A DNA stretch of 64,000 nt from NCBI GenBank assembly GCA_000991245.1, contig LBRD01000005.1:10944-74943 (forward strand), read 5' to 3'. Within the stretch, counting starts at the first letter, position 1. Each line of letters opens with the position of its first letter. The position numbers and the translations under genes are program-made. The notes below the pieces were generated by a model that saw only the letters and a program-made list of their open reading frames with translations, searched no databases and was not told the origin of the DNA. This stretch comes from Parcubacteria group bacterium GW2011_GWC1_36_108 (GTDB lineage Bacteria; Patescibacteriota; Minisyncoccia; Moranbacterales; GWC2-37-73). Shown piece after piece: positions 44,197 to 52,946 of the stretch.

Positions 44197-45003
44197 GTGG
44201 AAAATTATTCACAATTAGACATTAGCGTATTCGAACCGTTAGAAAGAAAGTGGTTATGCATCAACCCATGGTGGCGCCGTACGATACGATTGTTTATTTC
44301 AATGATTTTATCTTTTCTTGTTTTCACTGTACCCATGCTATTTTTTATTGAGATAAAACAACATGCATTGCTTTTTTTAACACAATTTATATTGGGAACA
44401 ATTGCATTCTACATCGTTTCAATTCTACTAACAGCAGTTGCAAGAAATCGCAGAACCCTCGCAACATTGTACATAAAACTGAAGGATTTTTCCCTTCGAG
44501 ATTCCTTGACGGGGTTATACAATGACAGAAAGTTCATGACTGAAAAACTGGAATGCATGTCAACGTATGCGAAAGCAAACAATGAATCTGTAGCGATTTT
44601 TTTTGCTGATCTCGATGACCTCAAAGAAATAAACGACAATTACTCGCATCTAGCGGGTGACAGTGCTATCGTAGCAACAGCAAAACGCATGGGCAATGCA
44701 TTTAGGGATAATGATTTCTTGTTTCGCTTCGGAGGAGATGAATTTTTTGCTATAACATTATTAAAAAACACCCCCGAAAACGAGGCGGAGGAAGAAGTAG
44801 CAAAAATTACTCAGAGAATAACGGATTCTGTAAGTACAAAACCAGTGCGTTATGGTGAAGACAAGATACTGTTATCAATTTCCATTGGCGCACACATCCT
44901 AAATCCCGAAAACACAATTGGGAGAGAACTTTTAATTGTAGACAAAAAAATGTACGCAATCAAAAAAGATAGGAAGCTAGGAGGAAAAGCAACAAGAAAG
45001 TAA
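44197..45003 (+). CDS. membrane-anchored GGDEF-domain diguanylate cyclase
   Basis: GTG start with AAGGAGG SD; two or three N-terminal TM helices; RFGGDEF active-site motif. Confidence 0.8.
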   Translation: MENYSQLDISVFEPLERKWLCINPWWRRTIRLFISMILSFLVFTVPMLFFIEIKQHALLFLTQFILGTIAFYIVSILLTAVARNRRTLATLYIKLKDFSLRDSLTGLYNDRKFMTEKLECMSTYAKANNESVAIFFADLDDLKEINDNYSHLAGDSAIVATAKRMGNAFRDNDFLFRFGGDEFFAITLLKNTPENEAEEEVAKITQRITDSVSTKPVRYGEDKILLSISIGAHILNPENTIGRELLIVDKKMYAIKKDRKLGGKATRK

Positions 45004-45011
45004 ACCATACA

Positions 45012-45047
45012 AGCCGGCATAGTGCTAAATCACTATGCCGGCTTTTT
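45012..45047 (+). terminator. rho-independent terminator
   Basis: agccggcatagtgctaaatcactatgccggcttttta. Confidence 0.6.
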
Positions 45048-45067
45048 AATTTGTGTAAAAAATATCT

Positions 45068-45340
45068 CTATAAAAGTCCTAGTCTTTTCTTGGCTTCAAA
45101 TATTTGATGATCATTCATTTGACCAGACTTTTTCATTTGCTCAAGAGTTTTGAGAATGTCAGCTTTGTTTTTTTGAATATTATCCGGAGTCATTACCTTT
45201 TTCATTAAGGCTTCCCTTTCACTTGGACTCATTTTTTCCAATTTTTTCATCGCCATCCTTTGCATAAATCCCATATTTTCAGGATCCATAGGATTAGCAT
45301 TTTTATCTTTTTTCTTTTTGAAAGCATCTAAAATACCCAT
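45068..45340 (-). CDS. small Lys/Met-rich hypothetical protein (90 aa)
   Basis: ORF only. Confidence 0.35.
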   Translation of the reverse strand: MGILDAFKKKKDKNANPMDPENMGFMQRMAMKKLEKMSPSEREALMKKVMTPDNIQKNKADILKTLEQMKKSGQMNDHQIFEAKKRLGLL

Positions 45341-45407
45341 ATTGTTACAAATTTTTAATTTTTAATAAAAACCTGGATTCCCGCCTCCGCGGGAATGACA
45401 AGATGAA

Positions 45408-46310
45408 TTACTTCTTGTATTTAAGTGTTAATTCATAACTTGTTACCAACAGCGCGGTTGCGATAAAAACTGAAGAATACGTTCCGAAAGTAACTCCAAC
45501 CAAAAGCGCCAGTGCAAAAAACTTGATTGATGCTCCACCAAACAAATATATCGCCAACAAAGTTATGATCACAGTAAGAGAAGTGTTGATTGAACGCACA
45601 AGTGTTTCATTTAAACTTTGATTGACCACTTCTGGAAATGGAACTTTCTGTGAACTTTTAAGCAAATTTTCTCGCGTTCGGTCATATACCACGATGGTGT
45701 CGTGAACAGAAAAACCAAGAATTGTAAGCAGCGCTGCAATAAAAGGAATACCGATTTCAACTCCATAAAAATGTCCGAGCACTGAGAAAACTCCCATTGT
45801 AATCAAGATGTCATGAGAAAGTGCAATTACTGCACCTGCACCATATTTCCAAGATTCAACTGGACGAGACACTTTGCGAAAAGCCCAAGCAATATATGCC
45901 ATAATGGCCATAATTGCCAATAACAGGGCGTTTACTGATTTTGATTTTAATTCGCCAGAAACTGAAGAGTTGAAAAAATCAACACTGGATTGAGTAGCAC
46001 CGGAATATTTCTCACTAATTTTTCCCCAAACATCACTGTTTGTTTTGTCATCTTCAGAAGCATAGCGGATTACCATTGAATTATTTTCTAATCCCTGCAA
46101 GGCTAAACTTTTTAACTCCAAATCCTTAAGTGTTTCCGTAACATCCTCCTTGGAAGGAACTTGCTCGGCAAATTTAACCACCATTCGGGTTCCACCAGTA
46201 AAATCAATGTCATATTTCAACCCCCAAACTGCCAAGCTTAAAATACACAGGACAGTTAGAATGCCAGAGAAGATATAGGCGTATTTGGTTTTTCCAATAA
46301 TATTAAACAT
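45408..46310 (-). CDS. secF: protein translocase subunit SecF
   Basis: 300 aa; six TM segments; SecF signature. Confidence 0.9.
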   Translation of the reverse strand: MFNIIGKTKYAYIFSGILTVLCILSLAVWGLKYDIDFTGGTRMVVKFAEQVPSKEDVTETLKDLELKSLALQGLENNSMVIRYASEDDKTNSDVWGKISEKYSGATQSSVDFFNSSVSGELKSKSVNALLLAIMAIMAYIAWAFRKVSRPVESWKYGAGAVIALSHDILITMGVFSVLGHFYGVEIGIPFIAALLTILGFSVHDTIVVYDRTRENLLKSSQKVPFPEVVNQSLNETLVRSINTSLTVIITLLAIYLFGGASIKFFALALLVGVTFGTYSSVFIATALLVTSYELTLKYKK

Positions 46311-46423
46311 GAGATAAAATTTTTATAATTTTTTAATTTTGTAATTTTTAAATAATGTTTTAATTTCTTAATTTTTAAAAATTATAAAATTTGTATTTAT
46401 TTATAAAATTAAAAATTAAAAAT

Positions 46424-48097
46424 TTAATCCAATATATCAGATTTTTTTACTCCTACCATCCACATTCTATTATGGATCCAGTCACTAATGATAACTTTAA
46501 GCATTGTTCTGGTAATTATCACAGCAGTAAACATTGAAACCACAACTCCAATAAAAAGTGCGGCTGCAAAACCTTTCACAAAACCCGTACCCATAAGATA
46601 CAAAATTCCAGCGGTCAGCAAGGATGAAATGTTGCCGTCGCGAATTGATGTCCAAGCACGTTTGAATCCTTCTTCAAGTGAATTCGCAATCGTTCTTCCA
46701 CCACGTATTTCTTCTTTGGTTCTTTCAAAAATCAAAATATTAGCATCGACCGCCATACCAATTGAAAGCACGAATCCTGCAATACCGGAAAGTGTCAGGG
46801 TAATTCCTGTCATTTTGAAAATAGTTATCATCACTGCAGTATAAATAAGCAAAGCTAATGATGCGACAAGTCCTAGGAAGCGATAGAAGATAAGCATAAA
46901 AACAACAACTGCTCCGAGGCCTATTGCTCCAGCAATCAAAATACTTCTAAGCGAATCTGCTCCAAGAGTTGCTTCAACGCTTTGTTGACCAACCAATGTC
47001 AAAGGAACTGGCAGCGCACCTTGATTTAATCTGTCAGAAATATCCTTGGCTTCTTTGAATGTGTAATTTCCTGTAATCACCGCTTGCCCGTTTGTGATTT
47101 CAACTTGAACGGTTGGTGCTATCTGCAATTGTCCATCCAAGAAAATTGCGATTTCTTTTCCTAGATTTTTTTTGGTTAGTTCTGCGAAAAGCTTTGTGCC
47201 TTCTTCGTCAAATTGAAGAGAAACTTCCGGTTCTCCAAGACCTTGCCCGTTTGAATATTGCGCTGTTGCACTTTTTAAGTTTTTTCCGGTAAGCGCCGTT
47301 GTTTGATATTTGAACTGTTCATATTGAGAAGGATCTTTTTTTGCAAAAAGAATGTGCGCACCATGAACTTCCAAATTTTCTCCTTCCCCACGAGATTCAA
47401 TAAATTTAATAATGTGCCAACCATATTGAGATTCCACCAAATCAGGATAAATTTCTCCTGATTTCAAATTGCTTTCGAATAGAATCTTATCAAATTCTGG
47501 CACAAAAGCACCTTTTTTCACGAAATCCAAATCTCCGCCCTTATCCTTGGAGCCGGGATCTTCACTATTATCCTTGGCAAGCTGAGCAAAATCTCCACCA
47601 TTTTTGACTTCATCGAAAATTTTCTGTGCTTTTTCTTTTGCCTGCGTGTTCATCTGATCAAACATTTGTTGAACTTGCGGATCGACAGGACCTTCTTCTT
47701 TAAATTCCAATAACGGAGCGTCTTTAATTTTAGCCTTAGCTTCTTCAATATCTTTAATACCGGGAAGTTCAACAATGATACGATTTTCTCCACTGCTCTT
47801 GGCAATTTGCACCAATGGCTCCCCCACACCAAAAGCATTCACGCGTCTTTCAATGACAGTCTGCGCGCCCTCCATTGCTTCTGCCACTTTTGATGGATCA
47901 ATATTCGAAACATCCGCTTTATATTCCAAATGAAATCCTCCTTGCAAATCAAGTCCCAATTTCAATTTAAACTTATTCAGTGCGTCATAAAGTGGCGTTA
48001 TTTTTGAAACTGCCTGTGGATATGCAACAAGACCAGCAACCACTGCCAAAACGATTACCCCAGCAAATTTCAATTGTAATTTTTTCTTTATATTCAT
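46424..48097 (-). CDS. secD: protein translocase subunit SecD carrying an embedded parvulin-type PPIase domain in the periplasmic P1 region
   Basis: LGLDLQGG and RRVNAFGVGEPLVQ (P1 base); then NGGDFAQLAKDNSEDPGSKDKGGDLDFVKKGAFVPEFDKILF...SQYGWHIIKF (matching PpiC [27 protein letters not shown]...TQFGYHIIKV); then the P1 base resumes (EPEVSLQFDEEGTKLFAELTKKNLGKEIAIFLDG) and six TM helices. Confidence 0.88.
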   Translation of the reverse strand: MNIKKKLQLKFAGVIVLAVVAGLVAYPQAVSKITPLYDALNKFKLKLGLDLQGGFHLEYKADVSNIDPSKVAEAMEGAQTVIERRVNAFGVGEPLVQIAKSSGENRIIVELPGIKDIEEAKAKIKDAPLLEFKEEGPVDPQVQQMFDQMNTQAKEKAQKIFDEVKNGGDFAQLAKDNSEDPGSKDKGGDLDFVKKGAFVPEFDKILFESNLKSGEIYPDLVESQYGWHIIKFIESRGEGENLEVHGAHILFAKKDPSQYEQFKYQTTALTGKNLKSATAQYSNGQGLGEPEVSLQFDEEGTKLFAELTKKNLGKEIAIFLDGQLQIAPTVQVEITNGQAVITGNYTFKEAKDISDRLNQGALPVPLTLVGQQSVEATLGADSLRSILIAGAIGLGAVVVFMLIFYRFLGLVASLALLIYTAVMITIFKMTGITLTLSGIAGFVLSIGMAVDANILIFERTKEEIRGGRTIANSLEEGFKRAWTSIRDGNISSLLTAGILYLMGTGFVKGFAAALFIGVVVSMFTAVIITRTMLKVIISDWIHNRMWMVGVKKSDILD

Positions 48098-48138
48098 AAA
48101 TTTAATTTTATATCATTTTTTTCAAATAGGCAATATTT

Positions 48139-48174
48139 TAAAAAATGCCCACCAGTCTAATGACTAGCGGGCAT
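48139..48174 (-). terminator. rho-independent terminator after the 48193-48666 gene
   Basis: Minus strand: atgcccgctagtcattagactggtgggcat followed by tttttt. Confidence 0.55.
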
Positions 48175-48192
48175 AAATGGCTTGGGAGTAAA

Positions 48193-48666
48193 CTACGCAG
48201 ACAACTGCTCTGACAACTGCCTTATGTTGTACAGCCTAACTTCGGATGGAAAGTTGATAAATTTAATCCTGTGACGTAATTGCAACTCATCAACATACCA
48301 TTTTTCCAGCATTATGCCGAGAGCTTCGCCCATCTCAGAAAAACTCATCTTGGAGATATTGTAATGCAGAGCATCGCAATATGCAAGATGGCACGAAACA
48401 ACTTTTCGAACTCTCTCGATTTCAGTTATCTCATCTCCAACCTTCTTGAAAAACTTACGCCTGAATAAATTCCTGCGAATCCATTCCAGCAAATAAGAAC
48501 ACGGGACCTTCCAGGGTAAAGGAACATTATTCAACTCCTGACACACCTTAAGCAATGTTGTCTCCTCTTTTGCCATTCGATCTAAAGCTTCTTTACTCTC
48601 ATTAATAAGAAGTTTAAATAGATCTTCAAGTTGATTTTTACGCACTTGCACTTCATTTTGCAGCAT
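48193..48666 (-). CDS. hypothetical protein; stand-alone unit with a strong SD and its own terminator, GC-richer
   Basis: 157 aa; GGGAGG 4 nt upstream of ATG. Confidence 0.55.
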   Translation of the reverse strand: MLQNEVQVRKNQLEDLFKLLINESKEALDRMAKEETTLLKVCQELNNVPLPWKVPCSYLLEWIRRNLFRRKFFKKVGDEITEIERVRKVVSCHLAYCDALHYNISKMSFSEMGEALGIMLEKWYVDELQLRHRIKFINFPSEVRLYNIRQLSEQLSA

Positions 48667-48788
48667 AAATCCTCCCTTTTGTAATTCAATTTTTTAAATT
48701 ACGCTATATTTTTTCTTCTGTAAATGTACTTTTAATGATTAAATACTAATTCAATTGAGGATTTATGGCAAGTTATGCTGAGTTTTGT

Positions 48789-49253
48789 TTAATTATCTTG
48801 TTTTAATGCAACTGCAACTTCTTTGATAACTGTTCTTGAGCCGTCATTACTAAGACGCTCAAGAACTTCTCGATATGTCAGCCAGGCGTAAGCTTTGTTT
48901 TCAAAATCAATTTTTACTTTTTCCGTTTGCGTTTCAGCGGCATAATATACGGCGTTTTTAAAAATATAAATTCCTTTGTTTTGTAAAATTCTTTCTTTTT
49001 TCTCATTACCTTTAGCGGTATAAAAATAATGCACGGATTCGCGAAAATTAGGCAAAATTTCAAGGTCATCAATGCTCGTTTCCTCAAAAACCTCACGTCT
49101 GAGTGTTTGCTCTTCGCTTTCACCATTTTCCATATGCCCTTTTGGAAAATCCCATTGCCAGCTGCGGTATTGCACCAAGAGAAACAAGGTTTTATCCTCG
49201 CTTTTTCTATATATAACGCATCCTACTGATTTTTCAAATGATAAATATTTCAT
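48789..49253 (-). CDS. NUDIX hydrolase
   Basis: Nudix box GHMENGESEEQTLRREVFEETSI; start placed at MKYLSF just past the secA stop. Confidence 0.78.
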   Translation of the reverse strand: MKYLSFEKSVGCVIYRKSEDKTLFLLVQYRSWQWDFPKGHMENGESEEQTLRREVFEETSIDDLEILPNFRESVHYFYTAKGNEKKERILQNKGIYIFKNAVYYAAETQTEKVKIDFENKAYAWLTYREVLERLSNDGSRTVIKEVAVALKQDN

Positions 49254-49255
49254 TT

Positions 49256-51904
49256 TTATTTTCCACAACAGTTTTTGTATTTTTTGCCGCTTCCACATAA
49301 ACATAGGTCATTTCTGCCGATATTATCCTTTTTGACAAATGGCTTCTGCGCTGCAGCAGCTTCATTGTTGCCAACTTGTTCTTTTGCAGTCTCATTGCTA
49401 AATTGAGCAGGACTATCCTCGGCTCCGTGAAATTGAATATTTTTGGGTGCAGCTTCTTTTTGGACTGAAGGCTCAGCTGAAACCATTGAGACCTTGAAAA
49501 TTGTTCGCACGGTTGTCGAACGCATATTTTCCATCAAATGAGAAAACATATGAAAAGCTTCTCTTTTGTATTCAATAAGAGGGTCGCGTTGTCCATATCC
49601 ACGAAGTCCAATTCCTTGACGCAAATAATCAATTTCATCAAGATGATTCATCCAAAGCGTGTCTATGGTTTGCAAAATAATTGCCTTTTCAATTTGTCTT
49701 AAAGTTTGCGCACCAATCTCTGTTTCCTTTTGGATATATACTTCCTTGGCTTTTCCCATGACATATTCCATCATCAAGGAAATTTTTTCCACAGTGTTTT
49801 TAGATTTGTCATCCCTAATTTGTTCAAGTTTTTTACTGTCATTTTCAGAAAAGGGAAAAATGTTTTGCAATTCGTTTGTGATAGTTTTAATATCCCAAGC
49901 ATATTCTTCTCCGGTGCAGTGCACCGAAATATTACGTTCAACCTCCTCTTCAACATATTGCATAATTTCAGCTTTCACATCATCCGAGGCTAAAATTTCT
50001 TTACGTTTTTTATATACAACTTCACGCTGTTTATTCATCACATCGTCATAATCTAAAACATGTTTTCGAATATCAAAATTGTAACCCTCAATTTTAGATT
50101 GAGCACTTTCAATGGTGCGAGAAATAATAGCATTTTGAATCGGCTGATCTTCTGGCAATCCAAGAGTGTCCATCATACTTTTAAGCCTATCCCCTCCAAA
50201 TCTTCGCATCAACTCATCTTCCAATGACACATAGAATTGTGATGCTCCCGGATCTCCTTGACGACCAGCTCGTCCTCGAAGTTGATTATCGATGCGGCGT
50301 GCTTCATGTCTTTCTGTACCGATAATATAAAGTCCTCCAACTTCTTTAACTCCTTCTCCAAGTTTAATATCAGTTCCACGACCAGCCATGTTTGTTGCAA
50401 TAGTCACCGCGCCAAGTTGTCCAGCGCCTGCAATAATAGCTGCTTCTCTTTCGTGATGTTTAGCATTTAAAACTTCATGCTTTATTCCTTCACGTTCAAG
50501 CAGCGCACTAAGATATTCCGATTTTTCAATAGCAATAGTTCCAACCAAAAATGGCTGACCTTTTTTATGATTTTCTTTGATAAGTTGAGCAATCGCATCA
50601 AATTTTCCCTTTTCAGTTTTATAAACGACATCAGGCAAATCTTTTCTAATCAAAGTTTTGTTTGTTGGAATTTCCATCACATCAATTTTGTAAACTTTTG
50701 CAAATTCTTCAGCACTGGTTGATGCTGTTCCTGTCATTCCGGCCAGCTTTTTATACATTCTGAAATAATTTTGAAAAGTGATTGTCGCCAAGGTGCGAGA
50801 TTCTTTTTGAACTTCAACGCCTTCTTTCGCTTCAATTGCTTGATGAAGACCATCGCTATAACGACGTCCCTCCATAAGTCGTCCTGTAAAATCATCAACA
50901 ATAATAACCTGTCCGTCTTTTACGACATATTCCTTATCAAGTTTAAACAAAACTTCAGCGCGCAGTGATTGCTCCAAATGATGAACGTAATTTATTTTTC
51001 CAAGTTCATAAATGTTGCCAACTCCAAGATCTTTTTCAACTTTTGCAATTCCATTTTCCGTCAGCGTCACGGCTTTCATTTTTTCATCCACTTCATAATC
51101 TTCTTTTTCCCTAAGACGTGGAACAAGTTGAGCAAAGCGTTGATATAATTTTGTTGATTCGCTGTCTGGAGCTGAAATAATAAGCGGGGTGCGAGCCTCA
51201 TCAATCAAAATTGAATCGACTTCATCAACAATAGCGTAATTAAGTTCTCTTTGTGACATTTGCTCCAAACTTTGCACCATATTGTCACGAAGATAATCAA
51301 AACCAAATTCATTGTTTGTTCCATAGGTAATATCACAGGCATAAGCCTCACGCCTGGTTATTTCAATCAAATTTTCCATCTCCACGCTCACTTCGTCGCC
51401 ATCAAAAACTTGCGGTTCATACAAATATGAAACGTCATGCATAATGCACGCAGTTGAAAGTCCAAGAGCGTTATAAATCGAACCCATCCAATTGCAATCG
51501 CGCTTAGCCAGATAATCATTCACTGTCACGACGTGCACACCTTTTCCTTCAATAGCATTAAGATAAATTGGCAAAGTTGATGTTAAAGTTTTTCCTTCGC
51601 CAGTTTTCATTTCCGTTATCGTTCCTTTGTGAAGAGCAATCCCGCCAATCATCTGCACGTCAAAATGTCTCGTTCCGTTTACACGCTTGGCAACTTCTCG
51701 CACCACCGCAAAAGCCTCTGGCAAAATTTCATCGAGGGTTTCTCCTTTGGAAACTCTCTCTTTAAATTCCTTGGCTTTTCCTTTCAAATCTTCATCAGAA
51801 AGAGCAATCATTTTTTCTTCAAAGGAATTGATTTTTGTTACGATCGGTTTAAGTTTATTTATCTCCCGTTCATTTGAACCGAATATTTTGCTGAATAATG
51901 TCAT
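49256..51904 (-). CDS. secA: preprotein translocase ATPase SecA
   Basis: 882 aa; DEAD-like motor; C-terminal zinc-binding CLCGSGKKYKNCCG. Confidence 0.96.
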   Translation of the reverse strand: MTLFSKIFGSNEREINKLKPIVTKINSFEEKMIALSDEDLKGKAKEFKERVSKGETLDEILPEAFAVVREVAKRVNGTRHFDVQMIGGIALHKGTITEMKTGEGKTLTSTLPIYLNAIEGKGVHVVTVNDYLAKRDCNWMGSIYNALGLSTACIMHDVSYLYEPQVFDGDEVSVEMENLIEITRREAYACDITYGTNNEFGFDYLRDNMVQSLEQMSQRELNYAIVDEVDSILIDEARTPLIISAPDSESTKLYQRFAQLVPRLREKEDYEVDEKMKAVTLTENGIAKVEKDLGVGNIYELGKINYVHHLEQSLRAEVLFKLDKEYVVKDGQVIIVDDFTGRLMEGRRYSDGLHQAIEAKEGVEVQKESRTLATITFQNYFRMYKKLAGMTGTASTSAEEFAKVYKIDVMEIPTNKTLIRKDLPDVVYKTEKGKFDAIAQLIKENHKKGQPFLVGTIAIEKSEYLSALLEREGIKHEVLNAKHHEREAAIIAGAGQLGAVTIATNMAGRGTDIKLGEGVKEVGGLYIIGTERHEARRIDNQLRGRAGRQGDPGASQFYVSLEDELMRRFGGDRLKSMMDTLGLPEDQPIQNAIISRTIESAQSKIEGYNFDIRKHVLDYDDVMNKQREVVYKKRKEILASDDVKAEIMQYVEEEVERNISVHCTGEEYAWDIKTITNELQNIFPFSENDSKKLEQIRDDKSKNTVEKISLMMEYVMGKAKEVYIQKETEIGAQTLRQIEKAIILQTIDTLWMNHLDEIDYLRQGIGLRGYGQRDPLIEYKREAFHMFSHLMENMRSTTVRTIFKVSMVSAEPSVQKEAAPKNIQFHGAEDSPAQFSNETAKEQVGNNEAAAAQKPFVKKDNIGRNDLCLCGSGKKYKNCCGK

Positions 51905-51924
51905 AAAAATTAGTTTAAAAGTTT

Positions 51925-51970
51925 ACCCCGTGAAATTGCTTCGCACCAGCAAAGCTGGATTTCACTGGGT
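51925..51970 (-). repeat. E-element, short form (E5), 21 nt upstream of the secA ATG
   Basis: ccccgtgaaat-tgcttcgcaccagcaaagctgg-atttcactggg. Relative to E3/E4, the arm change T:A to G:C is compensatory. Confidence 0.5.
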
Positions 51971-52124
51971 AAATAAAGTTATAAAGTTCATAAGGCAAAT
52001 TGAACACAAACCAAAACCCTATTTTATAGGGCTAACATTTTATACGTCTTTAGTGTTTGTTTCTTTGCTTATTCTATATCAAAAAACCCCTCCCGTAAAG
52101 GAAGGGTCTGGTTTGTAAAATTTG

Positions 52125-52643
52125 CTAAAATGATTGCAGCACGATTGATCCATCGGGGGCGACGTCGGTGCAGGTTCCGCGTAGGAATGCTTTTTTTCCA
52201 ATAGTAAGCATTGTTTTGATTTTATCAGCAATTTGACTGTCTGATTTCACAATCACACGCACGGGATATGCGGCGTCATTGTCCAAATTACCTTTGGCAT
52301 ATGTGCCCCCGGTTGGAATGCCCTCTATGATTTGCACACTCCAAAACAAATTTGTGTTGGGTGTCATTGTTTTGTTTTTGCATTGTTCCCATTGCGATCT
52401 AATAAGTTTTTTTCTTTCTTCAGAAGTTTCTTGCACAGCTGGAGCTTTCTTTGGCTCAACAGTTTTGCTTTGACTTGGATTTGCAACTGTAGGGTTTAAA
52501 GATTTTACCTCAGCGCTTGCTTGAATCGTTTTGGGAGCAACAGCAACAGGGGCAGGTTTTTTCTTAGCAAAAAGAAGAAATGCTCCAGAAACAACTCCCA
52601 AAAAAATAACAAAACCTAGGACGATTTTTATTTTTGTATCCAT
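52125..52643 (-). CDS. hypothetical secreted/membrane-anchored protein
   Basis: 172 aa; N-terminal TM or signal segment; Pro/Ala/Val-rich linker. Confidence 0.55.
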   Translation of the reverse strand: MDTKIKIVLGFVIFLGVVSGAFLLFAKKKPAPVAVAPKTIQASAEVKSLNPTVANPSQSKTVEPKKAPAVQETSEERKKLIRSQWEQCKNKTMTPNTNLFWSVQIIEGIPTGGTYAKGNLDNDAAYPVRVIVKSDSQIADKIKTMLTIGKKAFLRGTCTDVAPDGSIVLQSF

Positions 52644-52651
52644 TTTTCTTG

Positions 52652-52690
52652 CCCCGTTAAATTGCGGTAATCCGCACTATTTAACTGGGG
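52652..52690 (-). repeat. E-element, short form (E3), hairpin ending 8 nt before the ATG
   Basis: gccccgttaaattgCggtaatccGcactatttaactgggg. Confidence 0.6.
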
Positions 52691-52720
52691 TTGCTTTTTA
52701 AAAAATTACTATTTTTTAAT

Positions 52721-52770
52721 GATTACATTATACCACAAAAAACAAAAGAAAGCTTTTCGACTTTCTTTTG
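52721..52770 (-). promoter_or_regulatory. hairpin plus extended -10 promoter (TGTGGTATAAT) for the E3-leader transcript
   Basis: Minus strand: caaaagaaagtcgaaaagctttcttttgttttttGTGGTATAATg. Confidence 0.45.
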
Positions 52771-52946
52771 TTTAATACAAAGTTAATTGAATCTGTTTTA
52801 TATCATTCCCGTGAAAACGGGAATCCAGGGCTAGGCATAACTCTGGATCCCCAGTCAAGCTGAGGATGACAAGATGCCATTATAATTAAGTTAACCAAAC
52901 AAGGAATATTGCTTAATACTCTTACAATTGCGTAAGTTTTTATAAC

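Noticed and set aside
45366-45400. attcccgc-ctcc-gcgggaat hairpin plus ggatgacaagatg after secF and a related attcccgtgaaaacgggaat / gaggatgacaagatg segment at 52806-52880 as a fourth repeat family.
   Set aside because: Only two partial, rearranged copies are visible in this window; the similarity is real but too fragmentary here to define element boundaries. It is noted as a possible terminator for secF.
49253-49304. Longer NUDIX start (MFMWKRQKIQKLLWKIK...) overlapping the secA 3' end.
   Set aside because: The overlap with conserved secA C-terminal codons and the lack of homology in the extension favour the internal start at 49253, immediately after the secA stop.
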